From the IMG/VR virus record IMGVR_UViG_3300032290_001460, positions 32,001 to 96,000 of that record: a stretch of DNA of 64,000 nt, one strand, 5' to 3'. The stretch comes from a virus (lineage: Duplodnaviria > Caudoviricetes). The notes under the pieces were generated by a model. It saw nothing but the letters and a program-made list of their open reading frames with translations, had not been told where the DNA came from and ran no database searches. Of this stretch, positions 22,601-31,900 are shown piece after piece. The position numbers and the translations under genes were made by a program. Each line of letters starts with the position of its first letter. Position 1 is the first letter of the stretch.

Positions 22601-23871
22601 ATGCAGTATATATCCGATTAATTAAATTGCGTGAAAATACTGGTCGAGAATTAAGCCTCGCAACAGATGACGAAAGAATAAATAATACAATTCTGTCTTT
22701 CTTTAAAGATGGCGGAAAATCGCCAGATATGAAGAAAATAATGGAAGTAACAGGCCTGCCATATAAAGCGATACATAAAAGACTAGTAAGGTTGCGTAAG
22801 AAAACTGGACGTGAACTAAAACTGGAAGGGCAGCGAACGAGCGTAATAGGAGATATTGGTGAGACTATTTTATCGTTTTTCGAGGATGGTAAAATTCCGC
22901 CAACTCGCGAACAACTAGCAGATGCAACGGGTTTGCAATTAGATTCGATAAGTCAAAAGTTATCTAAATTACGAGAAATAACTGGGCGGGATTTGCCAGT
23001 TCGTATAAATCGAACAATTGAGCCGAAAAGTGCAGAAATAAACAATACAATTTTATCTTTATTTAAAGATGATGAAAAAAATCCTACTAGTGCTGAAATT
23101 ATTGAAGCGACAGGGTTGACGCGTTCAATGTTGGGGAAAAGATTGGAATATTTGCGTAAAAGAACTGGGCGTGAATTAAAACTAAGAAAAAAAGAAAATA
23201 AAGAAAAAAAACCTAAATTGGTTGTTGAACGCAAACCTAAATTGGTTGTTGAACGCAAACCTGGAGATACGTCCAAAGAAGAAAAAAAGACTCCAGACGA
23301 ATTGGTCTTATCTTTATTCAAAGATAGTAAAACGCCCCCAACCATGCAGGAAATAGTAAGAGAATTAGGAGTGTCGTATCCGGCTGCGAAAGAACGGCTT
23401 AAGAGATTACGCCAAAAAACCGGCATGGCATTGTCAATTACTCCCGTGCCGGCGATGCCAATATTAAATGATGCCATAAATCAACAACTTTTATCTTTGT
23501 TTGAAAATAATAAAAATATAACTACTGAACAAATTGCGAAAGCAACAGGGTTGTCTGTTTCTGCAATAAAGGGCAGATTGGTTCGTTTACGAAAAGAAAC
23601 AGGAAAAGAGTTATCTATTAGTAGAGACCTGCCACCAAGCCTTAGAGATGATATTAGTAAGACTATTTTATCATTTTTTGAAGAAGGTAAAAGTGCACCA
23701 ACCCGACAGCAACTAGTGGACGCAACGGGATTCTCCGCAGATGGAGTAACTAGACGCTTACAAAAATTGCGTAAAGGAACTGGGATGGACCTACAACTCG
23801 CCGGAACCAAAACCCCCGAAGGTCGAACCACAATGCCGAAGTTAGAAATTATTCCACCAAAAGAAAAATAA
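10606..23871 (+). CDS. HK97-family prohead protease fused to a ~4250-aa multidomain extension
   Basis: The N-terminal ~170 aa show DSVGDIV..GAFTESL, VVWGHNWNDPIGK, GLYAKVQF, WSIGY and LYEVSPVLHGAN. The extension holds the DGDxDG tag, a KTSC-like domain (~14395-14580), an HDxxGH/FDRHG domain (~17425), a duplicated WLYPDG domain (19640-21380) and 8 HTH repeats. Confidence 0.9.
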   Translation: MSQGTFEDIHFKAMNGQFNIDEAQGIVECFVAAVGNKDSVGDIVASGAFTESLKRRKPRVVWGHNWNDPIGKVLEIYEVPAHDPRLPGKMKQAGVGGLYAKVQFNLATEKGREAFASVAFFGGDQEWSIGYKTLQANFDSAMQANVLREVELYEVSPVLHGANQLTATISVKSDEGEKCHSPAMGAGMPMMPAVMRAFKPGIPEGGPSRISARIGYDVSSPREDIFAEGEARELNREEIYRLEEELMSRSNNRLKIISATENMVTFHRMLPNGSSTAYRLPYHYDTAVRQYMFGKPEKMGQGPSQPQPQTVVPMQMPSMPMSVKPNAVSPYAMVNGGYDGEKSVEERLHEVIAGLKLPLFDDEVAEKSQQDKIEEVVNLLQSYIEEKSEPMRVIMKCEPHQAFRVKELLDPVIEYHGLQAEVSEKGVHLSGTFNDETLDALYASEKSIQRMFMKEGGWGKDNGPTGPTFEVEVKALGGRVGQRIGGGLSAAPPGMVWVDVTGAIDGDSDGIVFEGTPMQRPIIPRAMIPKVQASILQQTSLPRAMEMERNRVPKPSVSQEDSKPRLNQVPKKNESDSVVPSKPIPKIDDTIPTPSKAPKKTQGRKSRKSPPTNPNIYDPWVYRNSGTERILGNEFSIITPLDEIINSVSSRSKKLTPKEIIDNYAYFLNYRGLDTQQVFKIFENHGYVNTEKVNQTISDELKFAIDDIIAAGGRIVFAQNNLLINLGGNKLIIDLLDKDSYSNVRQQLSMPLKQLYVKERKTVTNISDLSPRYNYLKPELKKLKEKYGDYFVIRALDAGHYSAVLFDPISGDPLKTYQFSGSPRSTSNLLKNLSSEFTNAAVVRRFESAKIWKPAREVIDKVPLRPANEGETPKFGPLSGTSKLVQIFSELGFSPDSKEYPNALVELEIHDIGDGKFGVYGVIVDEDGIEHLVSQEQDGLADSLDFLRALGSEYSQSQLSEMRSAHLRRMGVVGQLGDTSGLSQEVEEMRAARDERTYNQWFVDDGSRSQRTPTLIYNTAAKSIRDIFDDEKTWDPFFEDLKDVLGHSQKQSQRLLDLYDDPNATEEAITNLEESIRELDEQIAAVIDYAKFLNGENRRARLKRLKNPLINKMIDERTGGEYSDFTDAEIERLRNNLTFSENDISDIFGVEGSDKARNFVESMQDVLDDAEWYDGILSSPIEDENNPDYLENPSQELYDDAIRSLSMEIDFIKDARKRNHQQRLAISDGSNLSDGTSRSQRSFINGRGVGETRQIFPNEDKQGTSKKIKYARYDGRKEELLVEYSSGETITYGGVTDRMVSAVEKSLDDIDGGIDGIKAEARYSIKPDGQIEGRAVSVATLVQRDIERLEQYDVITAKDKLWMQLAANAILSNFEEPPEYELLSLSDQLANVANKLAREYEENSAALNLLEIKSSIDDRVGNGLGGTRGTRMYRPLKDETTLDLTNDEIGELRDEIQSILNKHGDRITFAPFAEFDKALKDAQDSNKNNVTIKNNLHSALTVAYDELYWMASHSQAEKRWLNPIGETLLNIAAASGRFTSPRLSANRGDFKGVPFNNGAPSRMTPEARTTLIDWANGDGLGFYVLKDIRDSYRLRNGNLTSRQWNTLANMYRRFGPGGSDRKDSSSRSKKDTEIYYAIVPSDVPDQIDDEEEEKPKPKKPVGKPASELLPGDFDSMTAKEKIDVMFQIGRATKDNPDGIAPEDWDRLIYPLDKELDVEEAVQNQAEFMAAQEAAAMRGEVLTEEQFYENKSRQAELHDRRTIQRALSEYDAGRPELLQKLGLRRENFIIKADREYKAPTKPKPLGKWATDFSMKIRSQIEKAIANGLAGEEHLDPWLSMEELINDNDGLLDEETIQNIIPVLEEYVSAYDGAEFGHRSEGNSYKQANDMIEELENTLSILLDPTIIEDDSDDSGDDKKDSDAASEVPDTTQGVSLSIEGDSGSKSRRSSSMASTTGRQDAVDSGSNQINSEDSSRSIREVIKLEDLLEIDKREQSEDMGEPFVELSKALENWLNNHISDMGGWDKSHETRLRRQVEDLILNLRGLRDKWQSMGTAKRSGILRRMKMVDGYEPHPLTKMSLEDIISKSELRIHDDGTLSFKLPPNPILRQLIPGNRNYQDVELPTAETVSEIFDNLTNDWRRLDELFNSIYEVFDEDEDGRRGARLRKYPVGGEKLPHHSLYLGKYAEPPTEAPSPEGALQYHYNDISARILQYYIIPELAKIKRNENPKIGEISNDNDHFIHGYLQLFTDPHAWQEMSAVLSENFRVSPGTILHDLLGHYALGNTFDRHGEYGNILSTIQLARDKKFWQKLREIPELSDLSEEDRDLYMRGLLVDVAARWFNRVGTDSPDDERRLKKKIAFYDGPIDELLDKIDPPNEQSSSSSRSTRRIPLIDVDDKQLSELGKESIDGIAIREEFIRPSSRDELEQFVSRRKPIGSDLPVDLRTGEPRRMSHETDREWNARRNNFYRNNPWFDRPPIDASEDSPKIDRNNEFGDGELIKPSYKFNFKWNQYQDYTDEELIDKLKSDKKPSNTLVHELSLRGYEVRKKREYDLGDFSGREGYDYTYFFAKPMDEITQEHLDRRKSKYNPVDETQKIDEPSTSIIPTLEEDVVDEQDFVEPEEFPLKPKQPRVPRPRPGTNTVNIGGNNSGIINLGNNVTIDTGDINVSNQGSKITIINGNKVTVDANTDVLSMPLKKVDEELASIQKDLAELKERRVKGSISDADYAQRRVDLANRKVALKLKKHSVPDGDATKGTPNVSYIGNSSRSTRNIDYYRREFNLSPEDLEFIKYTNAPDLFLREEFGIDDTAIADIRSYVPPLDVIKEIDSLTDDDVRFLESYDGIVSQITEEFNSFVTRTMAERLQAIQYIGNSNLPELEKQENIKEIDDAFNELLKVNSEIHFDRLNDAVLYTAPLNYRGFGWRMTPERISSLGLPEGYENKLKFNQATRIWEMMNGLGFDWDEIEDFTGLTFDELKPLFPHVRIIGMIREQEKNSLNNPPEDGSSSRSMRPERRQIVPISGNYTRQGNLHRKLDGLLTPGSSDYRKDDLSDEEISAIKKFSYSQTVRYDYDYDPLSLMTYEELDTLSNLISADRAKSLNVEFDKDFRKLIEQEFDIRDIRNDPFKYRGGGNERKLKREFVSAEEFLGPGMDGYAINRGMHGGWLYPDGRIYPLQQDSHGTEFVYRDAFEDGLIRIIFSQKSQRRDSSMDLEIADARPTPEQYETLQKLMDAGEPSEIRFAAGKKSEEYDASYTSRPTYQYENVLRGKDTKKLKESLTQEVSWKQEESTSDDSSSSLSKKGTYRPLLGHTFEGYGQAEKKLSYSLEKLSKQNGAAKKLNDEEKNVIEKYFQIKNADAEPLRLLSDDEIKTLLNLISEEKLTVRNADLSAELLGVYRKDAEYLLIRELDIRSNPQKYKFGGNERKLKNRFLSAKQLVDPETMGVWETPSLRAAWLYPDGRLYHVTDGHTKEHTYNDAFGDGLIRLNVSLAKEKDDRGPATAPFLAIHAADIAPTAEQMKILEELIDVAKPKEIFYQAGVSSKIHNPNEVIPDDSDFGIYVEGERSGTIKSGDLKKRLKQELDAVGWAKLPDNDSSSRSKKDTDSDLSDEEFKIIDDFVNADIDNIEPVEEEPTDGRTRRARAKKREEFLRDAVTQIIKLSENAEKFKRGPDAGEVSGGLLEKVAQMFAAGDYSIIDKYEKIVKEKGAGTSPGEFFANSYYKYESLGAEQRLERQKGGNKQKGKFVENIEALEAKITDGESSFVLPELSIEDDLSVGEIDEDVAKKIAFYDKFEEYLPLHAEIMGYIGSGMTASKISKQTGVPIKIVNAMKSNMAFIAEQLGDIENWPLDSLDEDYRDIAKLLPGDDMSLNLDIAKRLQKAKTFFETIEFDRDTGEISFEQTSIAQRQIKLEKNNDIILSFFEDGKPAPTIEEIAKALGVTFDSARGLIVRLRKTTGRKLKTGKKEENSKKIDDDILSLFKDAENPPTKNELTKLTGLSQDAVYIRLIKLRENTGRELSLATDDERINNTILSFFKDGGKSPDMKKIMEVTGLPYKAIHKRLVRLRKKTGRELKLEGQRTSVIGDIGETILSFFEDGKIPPTREQLADATGLQLDSISQKLSKLREITGRDLPVRINRTIEPKSAEINNTILSLFKDDEKNPTSAEIIEATGLTRSMLGKRLEYLRKRTGRELKLRKKENKEKKPKLVVERKPKLVVERKPGDTSKEEKKTPDELVLSLFKDSKTPPTMQEIVRELGVSYPAAKERLKRLRQKTGMALSITPVPAMPILNDAINQQLLSLFENNKNITTEQIAKATGLSVSAIKGRLVRLRKETGKELSISRDLPPSLRDDISKTILSFFEEGKSAPTRQQLVDATGFSADGVTRRLQKLRKGTGMDLQLAGTKTPEGRTTMPKLEIIPPKEK
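22340..23800 (+). repeat. Eight tandem HTH-like repeats at the protease-fusion C-terminus
   Basis: Consensus ILS[FL]F[EK]DG..[AP]PT..E[IL]...TGL....[IV]..RL.[RK]LR..TG.[ED]L, counted 8 times. Confidence 0.85.
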
Positions 23872-23879
23872 TATAAAAG

Positions 23880-23908
23880 GTGACTTTATCTTACTATTTT
23901 AAAGTCAC
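23880..23908 (+). terminator. Inverted repeat after the giant ORF (possible terminator or operator)
   Basis: GTGACTTTA-N11-TAAAGTCAC, 9-bp arms, no clear T tail. Confidence 0.35.
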
Positions 23909-24157
23909 AACAAGCCCCCGTAACCTACTTACGTCAAAGATTTTCCCTCAAAACAAATTTAGATTGCATAAACTATACATGTTTCAGTATTTATTCAAAT
24001 TGATAGGCACTCTCAGGGTATACTATGAGAAAGAATGATTTTATAATTAAATAGATACTTCTACTTCCTAGCCAATATACAGGCTAAGATACTGGAAGTA
24101 GGCACTAGCCACGCTGGGTGCGCATCCAGTACAAAGCATTACAAGGAGTCTCGAACT

Positions 24158-25954
24158 ATGAATTACGACGAAAAAGCCGTAGTGAAAATTGATGCCGAAG
24201 GTGGCGTCGTCAAATGTGCCAAAGGTGCAACAGGAAGCGACTGCGGCTACAAGGCAGGCGCAAAAGTTTGTGGAAAATGCGGAGCAATGGCCGTTGAAAT
24301 CAAAATGGTTCCCGTCGATGCCATGGACGAAGACATGGAAGACGACGAGGAGATTACTCCTGAAGAACAGAAAATGTTGATGCGTCGTCGCAAGGCTATG
24401 CAAATGGGCATGGGCGATATGGCCGAAGAAGAAGATGTCATGGACGACGACGAGGAGATGACCCCCGAAGAACAGAAAATGGCCATGGACTACGAAAAAA
24501 TGATGCTCAAGCGCAAGGGCATGGGCAAATATACGGAAGACGAAGAAGTCTTAGAAGTGCCCGAAGAAGACGAGATGATGGACGAAGAAGCCGTCACCCC
24601 AACAGCAAAAACTTATGGAATGAATCGCTTTAGAAAAGGCATGCCTGGGGTTTCGGCCATGGATGAAGATATGGCCGAAGAAGAAGATGTCATGGACGAC
24701 GACGAGGAAATGACCCCCGAAGAACAAAAAATGGCTATGGCCTACGAAAAAATGATGCGTATGCGCAAGGGTATGGGCGAATACGTGGAAGACGAAGAAG
24801 AAATGCTTAGCCCTGCCAAGGGGATGGGCATGACGAAGCCAGGCATGAAGTTCAAGAATCCAATGGCTAAGCCAGGAATGGCCGGAATGCTTTCGGACGA
24901 AGAAGATGACATGGACATCGAAGAAGAACTCCCATTGGACGATGCCGAAATGCCAATGGCAATGCCCAAAAAGAAGAACTACATGGGGGCAGAACCCAGC
25001 GCAGTATCTCCAGACATGGAAGCAATGCGCATGGCACGACTTAGAAAACTCGGTACCAAGTCTGCTGACATCGGTGCCAACGGATACTTGTGTGCTATCG
25101 AACGCAAAGTCTACCCCGGCGCCAACTCGGTATGTGACGACTGCCCAGGTGGATGCGTCTCAGAAAAAGGAATGCCTGGCCTCCTCCACATCGAAGGCCT
25201 TGCAGAACAAATGTTCAAGGGCGACGTTATCGACTCTGGCTACTCGCAAGAAGCCGACATGTTCGTCGTTGATGTCCAGGTAAAGTCTGGTCATGTCAAC
25301 GAAGTTTTTGTTGACGGCACAACCGGAGAAGTCCTAGGATTCCATCGCCTTGACGATTCAGTGTTCGAACAGAAGTCACTCGTCAGCGACATCGAAATCA
25401 TTGACTTCAACGAAGCGGCAGATATTGCTGTCAAGTCAATCCCCGGTACAGTAGTCGCCGTAGAACCAGCAATCTTTGAAGGTTTTGACTCATACCAAGT
25501 CGAAATCGATGGTCTTGACGGAAAATCTTACGATGCTTTCGTTTCGCTTGATGGCGAAGTTTTGGGCTACGACCAGTGGGACAATGACGACACAGCAGAG
25601 ATTGAGGCTGAAGCCGCAGAAATTGCTTTGAAGCGCGCATTCGGTGACGAGAAGCGTCAAGAAATGGCTGAAGAAGGCACAGCAATGCCTGACGGCTCAT
25701 TCCCCATTGCCAGCGAAGAAGACCTTCGTAACGCAATCATGGCTCATGGTAGAGCGAAGGATGTTGAGGCAGCAAAGCGTCATATCATGAAGCAGGCTGC
25801 AGCAATGGGTAAGGAAGACATGATTCCAGCAGAGTGGGTCGCCGGACAGAAGAATCTTTCAATTGAAGATGATTTGAACGGCACTGACGAGTTCTTGAAG
25901 ACTTTGGTTGAGTTTGAATTAATGTCTGCAGAAGTTTCCGACAACGAACTGTGA
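24158..25954 (+). CDS. Acidic Met-rich head-module protein (scaffold-like) with Cys clusters and two PepSY-like units
   Basis: AGGAG Shine-Dalgarno; C..G...CG...VCGKCG; D/E/M-rich repeats; CAIER...CDDCPGGC; VFVDGTTGEVLG and AFVSLDGEVLG PepSY-like ends; AMPDGSFPI...DLRNAI.A.GRA motif seen in phage head proteins. Confidence 0.7.
   Translation: MNYDEKAVVKIDAEGGVVKCAKGATGSDCGYKAGAKVCGKCGAMAVEIKMVPVDAMDEDMEDDEEITPEEQKMLMRRRKAMQMGMGDMAEEEDVMDDDEEMTPEEQKMAMDYEKMMLKRKGMGKYTEDEEVLEVPEEDEMMDEEAVTPTAKTYGMNRFRKGMPGVSAMDEDMAEEEDVMDDDEEMTPEEQKMAMAYEKMMRMRKGMGEYVEDEEEMLSPAKGMGMTKPGMKFKNPMAKPGMAGMLSDEEDDMDIEEELPLDDAEMPMAMPKKKNYMGAEPSAVSPDMEAMRMARLRKLGTKSADIGANGYLCAIERKVYPGANSVCDDCPGGCVSEKGMPGLLHIEGLAEQMFKGDVIDSGYSQEADMFVVDVQVKSGHVNEVFVDGTTGEVLGFHRLDDSVFEQKSLVSDIEIIDFNEAADIAVKSIPGTVVAVEPAIFEGFDSYQVEIDGLDGKSYDAFVSLDGEVLGYDQWDNDDTAEIEAEAAEIALKRAFGDEKRQEMAEEGTAMPDGSFPIASEEDLRNAIMAHGRAKDVEAAKRHIMKQAAAMGKEDMIPAEWVAGQKNLSIEDDLNGTDEFLKTLVEFELMSAEVSDNEL
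24416..24800 (+). repeat. ~133-bp imperfect direct repeat (24416-24548 and 24668-24800)
   Basis: DMAEEEDVMDDDEEMTPEEQKMAM.YEKMM..RKGMG.Y.EDEE is encoded twice, 252 nt apart, near-identical in DNA. Confidence 0.9.
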
Positions 25955-25986
25955 TTCATAGTTCTATTTAGGGATTGGAGCCCGGT

Positions 25987-28900
25987 ATGACGGGTAGGAG
26001 TATCCCTCGCCGATATTCAAAAATAAATCAGAACACGAAGACTACTTCGCGTATTGAAAAGTCTGCTGTCCATTTTCGTTCTTTGCAGGAATTTTCGGCT
26101 ACTAAACCTTTCATGGACCCAACTATTTCTGTCAAGGTTCTTGGCGATGGTCTGAAATCTTCTGGGTCCGGCGATGGCAAGGAACGTACTAGTGGGCCTG
26201 ATGGCGACGAATATGATGGTCCTGTAATTAAACTTGACTGGAATCCTCGTGCGAAGAGGAAACCTGGTCAGATTTTGAAACTGCATGCTTCTTATAGGGA
26301 GTTGACTTCCAAAGAGGGAGCGAAGTGGGGTTGGGTGGACCCTCCTAAGGAAGTTAGTGCTGAAGATAGTGCAAGATTTTTACAGCAAGCAATTGAATGG
26401 AAGAAAAAACAACCAAAAGCAGTTTTAAAATTATATAAAAATACTTCTCATGGCACGCATGAATTGGAGCCAGTTAAAGAAATTAATATTAAGACTTTGG
26501 CTGAGTCTTTCAATTTTGAAAACTCACAAGATTTTTATTCAGGAAATTTTCATAATGCTCTTTCAGAAATCCCTCTCGAATTTAAACAATTAGGGCAAAC
26601 TATCGGACAAATTTTGCCTGGTCAACGAATTGACTTGGCTCGTGCTGTTAGTCGGGGATTAATAGTAGACGCAAACGGTAAATTCAGGTGTCCTTCAGGG
26701 ACTCCAAATGCCAACCAATTCACTGACTTGGACATGTCTAACTGCTCAACGTTTAGTCCAAAGAAAATTGCTGGAAGATTAGACAGGGCTATTAGTCGGT
26801 TTGAGGCTTGGAAGGAAGAGGGCCTAAGACTAGCGGACGAACGAGACATGATTGACTCTATTAACCCGCGTTTCCAAAGAGCCAAAAAAAATTATACGAC
26901 CCTTGACCGTAATAGGGAAATTGAAGAACGTTCTCAAGACATTATTAAAACTATTTTAAATATGCCAGAACTTCGCCAGTTCTTGTTGGATAATGGCTTT
27001 GACCCAAGTGATGACACTACCGTAAATAATGCTGATTTATTTGCATATATCATGCTGTACGATAAGACGTTTGAAAGTCAACCCGATGCATTAGACCGCC
27101 AATTATCAAGAATTGAAGGACTGTTTGGAGATGCTTTGGTTTGGGAACCAGTTCTTGATAGCCAAGGTAACCCCGTTATGGATAGCCAAGGTAACCCCGT
27201 TATGAAGGCACGACCTTTTAAATATGATAGGAATAAAAACTTTAAAGAAAATATGGCGGACTATCGTGAAGCCGTAGGGAATACAATACTTTCGATAATT
27301 GGTGACCAGAGACTTACTTCAGGTAAAAGTTTGAGCGATGCTCTAAAAAATTATAAAAACCCCACTCATCCTTTGCATTCCCAGTATCTCGAAGCAAAAG
27401 TGATTTTGGATAATTTTATGTTGACGCACGAGATGGTGCAACGTGGAACATTGATGACGTATGCTCAACATTCCGTAGAAAACCCTGAACAATTCGGGAT
27501 AATAACCAAATTTGAAGCGTTTATGCCGGAGCACGTTACACCTGGGGCTCCAGTCGACGACGAAACCATTGCAGCATTCTGGGCCATTGAGGGTGAGATG
27601 GCCTCTGGGGCTGGCATGGGTTACCAGACTGCAAAAATTATGCGCTCCAATACTTTTCAAATGATGTTCTCCCCCTTTATAGATATGCGTGCTCTTGCTC
27701 AAATTACGGAGCCAACTCCAGAAAATCCTTATGGATTGACAGCAAAACTAGATTTTCAGTCACAGGGGAACGTTGAACTTTCTCTTCAAGAGAAAATGCA
27801 ACTTTGGAGTCAAATGCTCAACCAGATTCAAGATGCTGACACTTTTGCCAGAATGCTTCGACAACAAGCGCGAACAGATGAAGAAAAGATGTTCGTACAA
27901 TTACAAGAACAAGTTAAGCAAAGACAAGAGCAACTAGGTCGAATTTTTGTTGGTGCTGAATTACAAAATGAACTACGCAATATAGCCAAAAGAATGGGCA
28001 TTAGCGAGGATGCTGCTTCTAGGATGTGGTATCAATTCTCCAAAGCATCAAATATGTTTGCCAACGACTTGTCTGCTTCAAGAATAACAGAACTAAATGG
28101 TGGAATGAGTTTCAATCTTGCCCTTCAGGCCAAAGCGCGACATGTCGCATGGCACGAAATAGGACATTCACTGCAATATTATTCGGCTGGTAAAAGAATT
28201 CAAGAATTTGTTGACGCCGAAGGGGGCTTTCCTTTATTCAGAGACGGAAAATTAATTAGAGAATTAGGGCCGGATACAACGCAATGGACTAACGACGACT
28301 GGCGAATGGCTGTCAATAGTTTAGTACTAGACGCCCCACAACTTATTACTCAATGGCCTCCTGATGGTGTTGGTAAATTTGAAGAAAAAATGCTCCATCT
28401 TCTTTCTGGAGCATATTATCAAAATGAAATAAAAGACTTTTGGAAAAATCCTTCTAGCGTGAGTCCCAAATTGGCCGTTGCTTTAACGGAAGCGCACGTT
28501 GAACTCTATGCTCTCAAAAAAATGGGCGTCATAGAAGGTGATGATATAGATACTACTTTAGAGTATTTTGAAAATATTATTCCATCACGGGGGTATAGGT
28601 CTCCTCCCGCCCCCATATCACCGAACCCTCCACCGCAACCACCTGCTCCTCCAGGTCCTCCTGCTCCTCCAGGTCCTCCAGGCCCTCCAGGTCCTCCAGG
28701 CCCTCCAGGCCCTCCAACACCACCAACACCACCAACACCACCAACACCACCAGGTGGTGGTCGCACCGTGACTATTGGTGGCGATAATACTGGAATCGTC
28801 AATCTTGGCGATAATGTAACAATTGAGACCGGCGACACATTTGTTGTCGGCGACATTATCATTGATGGCAAAAAAATTGACCCAGATAACATTACTATCA

Positions 28901-31900
28901 ACATTAATGTGACATATGTTTATCCTTCAGGTGGCGGGGAAGAGCCAGACAAGCCGAAAATTGATATTGAAGTTGTAGATACGGATGGTCAACCACCAGT
29001 TCCTGAAGATTTATGGCCTCGTATTGCGAGTCATATATCAGAAGACCAAGCAACGCAATGGGAACATGCACCTCGCGCCAAAACTAGAGTTGGACGAGAT
29101 AGGTCTCGTATTAAAGACTGGACTGATGAGGTTTTTGGTTTAACTTCAGAAGACAAAGAAGTTGGTGGTGCTGGAGACGAGACAGGGGATGCTTTTGGTC
29201 AGACAAAAGCATATTCAGAGATGACGCCAGAACAACTAGATGCTCGTTTTGAAAAAATTAAATCTGAGACAGACAAACTATTGGAACGCTCCAAGACTGA
29301 GCCGTTGTCGGAAAATGAACAAGCAAAACTGTGGCTTGGGTTAAAGAGTCTACGTTACCTTTTGCACGTAAATCGTGAACGTTCCCATATGACGGACGAA
29401 AAACGTGCCAAGGCTGAAGAGCGTGGATACAAGACTAAGCCAGGAAAATACATGTCAAAGGCTGATGGGACATACCCACCAAGCAGAGTGTCTAAGTGGA
29501 AGTATCGTACTGCCCTTGAACGCCATGCTGCGGCTGGTGGTGTAGAGATTTCTGAACTTGACGAAGATGAGTTAGTTCACTGGCTTCGCGAGATTGGGGC
29601 TCATGCTGGTTCTAATTTTGATGGTCGTCCTGGTTTTGATGCTTCTAGTTCACCTTATGAAAAAGGTAAGTTGCGTGAAAAAGCAAACTTTATAACTTCC
29701 GCTGATGCGGAAGCCGATGTTGATGACGCGACTACTCCTTCTGCCGCTACCGTCGCCCCATCAACTACAGGAACCCCAGACGTTGACGCTCCTGATTCTG
29801 CTACGCCTTCTGCCAGTAGTCCTAGTAAGAAACCTAGAAAGCCAAAAGTTACTGGAAAAACAAGCCCTAAGGAATGGGGTAAAAAAGAACGTGATTTCAT
29901 TCTTGAATGGCAGGCTGGAAGTGTTGGCGAATTCTTGGGAGGTGACGAGCCAATCAATGAACGTGAATCTTTTGGCATCCTCTTGGGTGCGTTTAATGAA
30001 GAAGGTATGAGTTCGCTAATACGTCGTTCGTACGAGGCAAGAAAGAAATATATAGAAGGTACCGATAAGCGCCCAAGTAAACCTAGCCCAAATGAAACTT
30101 CTCCTTATATAGATGAAGAAATTACTGAAGTTATTGCTCCCATGTTAAGACTTTTGGACGAAACACAAATTTCGGAAGACATTGAAATTCATTATGTTAT
30201 TCCTAGTGAGTTGGGGGCAGACGTTGGTACTGGGGAAATAATGGAAGTCGGCAGTTTGACTAGAGGAAAAATTATTGATGCAGAATCCTCTGTTGACATG
30301 GGTAGCAGTGAACTATCTGCTTCTACTCGTGTGAAGATAATTGTTCCTGCTGGTTCCCGTGGAATGCCTGACAAGAACTCTCATAACGGTGATATTGATG
30401 ACATTATTCTTCCACCCGGAAGTTTTGTTATCGTTGACGTAGACAGTGATGGAACAATCACTGCGATACCTCATTATCAGAAAAGTGCCCCAGAAGTTCT
30501 AGAAGCGATGCTTGATGACTTGCGTGAACTCCCTGCTCCAGAAAACGAGTTAGAACGTTTAGAACGTGAACGTATCGCTATAGCGATTAATGATGCCAGA
30601 GCAGCAAAACCAGCAGGCGGAAGAATTAGTAATCGCGATGGTGCGGGCATACCTGGTGCTCCGGACGAGTCGCAAGTTCCTGATGATTTTGCTGAAAGTT
30701 CACGTTCACAACGCGGTGTTAGTAAAACTGCAATTCAGCAAAATAGAATGAAGTCAAGAAATATTGACGCCTTGAATTCACAAAAAAAATCAGGAAGTCA
30801 ACCATTCGCGCAAAACGAGAGTTTTGTCTCTTTGTCAACCATTAGTCCCGAGTATGAAAAAATAGGGATGTATATAAGCCCTGTCGAGGTCCAATCCAGA
30901 CAAAAGCAAATTGATTCTGCTGTAGCAAATATTACAGAATATAGTTCTCAACTCAAGAAATTAATCGAAAATCCAGATGCCGACTTTCTTGAACTAAAAG
31001 ATTCAGTCCCTCCTGATGTTTTTGAATTTGTTTCAAAAGCAACACCAGAAGAATTGAATAATATTGTATCTAGCACTTTATTTGATTTCCATAAAGGTTT
31101 TGATGACCGGGTGCACGTCCCTATTCAGGTTTCTGGTTTTGATGACGTAATGAAATTTGGTCGAGTTCGTCCAATAACTGAAATCAACCCAGACAGTAAT
31201 GTTTCTCGTATGCGTTCTGCACGCGAGTTAAGCATTGGCATATCCCCAATAGCAGAATCGCGAGCGAGAACAGTTGATGGATATTTGCGCCATACTTCAC
31301 ACCAGGATGCAATTCAACAACACTTAGACTCTTTGCCTCCTTCTGCAGTGAAAAGAAATATTAACAACTTTTTAGATACAGAAGAATTTTCTCCATTTGG
31401 AGATATTCGCAAAGGCGACGCCTCTATAGATTTAGTACTATTCCCAGAAGTATCTCGTCGCTCTGGATATGTTCGAGGCGACTTTATGCGCTCAGGCAAC
31501 ATCCCGACACCTATCCTCTCCGAATCTATGGATGATGTCAGTGCCGCACATATGTCATTGTCTGATTTGGGGCCATCCGATAGAAATGCCAAGTTGAAAC
31601 AAATTTTTGATGTTGTTGATAGCAATCTGACTGGCAAGAATAGTAAATTATTTTCTAGTTCTAGTAGTAGAGGTAAATTACAGAGCGATAAGTTTGATGC
31701 AGTTGTTCCTAATGGCGTCGACTTTGATGAAGTTTCAGAAATCAAAATACCTAATCGTATTCTTGATACAAGTAAATTTACTTTGTCTATTGACGAAATA
31801 GGTGGGGTTGACATGTTGAAGGAGAACGGTTTTTCTCCAAAAGATAGAGAACTCTTATTAGCGAAGATTAATTCTGGTGAGATTAAATTAAATAATGCAA

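Noticed and set aside
23872-24157. tRNA or known ncRNA in the larger intergenic gaps (also 61825-61999)
   Set aside because: No cloverleaf or T-loop pattern recognised by eye; tRNAscan/Rfam would be needed to exclude it fully.
23209-27204. 24-nt tandem duplications (KPKLVVER x2 at ~23209; DSQGNPVM x2 at ~27157)
   Set aside because: Two-copy in-frame slippage events with no spacers; not CRISPR or regulatory repeats.
28640-28715. Collagen triple-helix domain
   Set aside because: Only a handful of GPP triplets, which then change to PPT; more consistent with a polyproline spacer.
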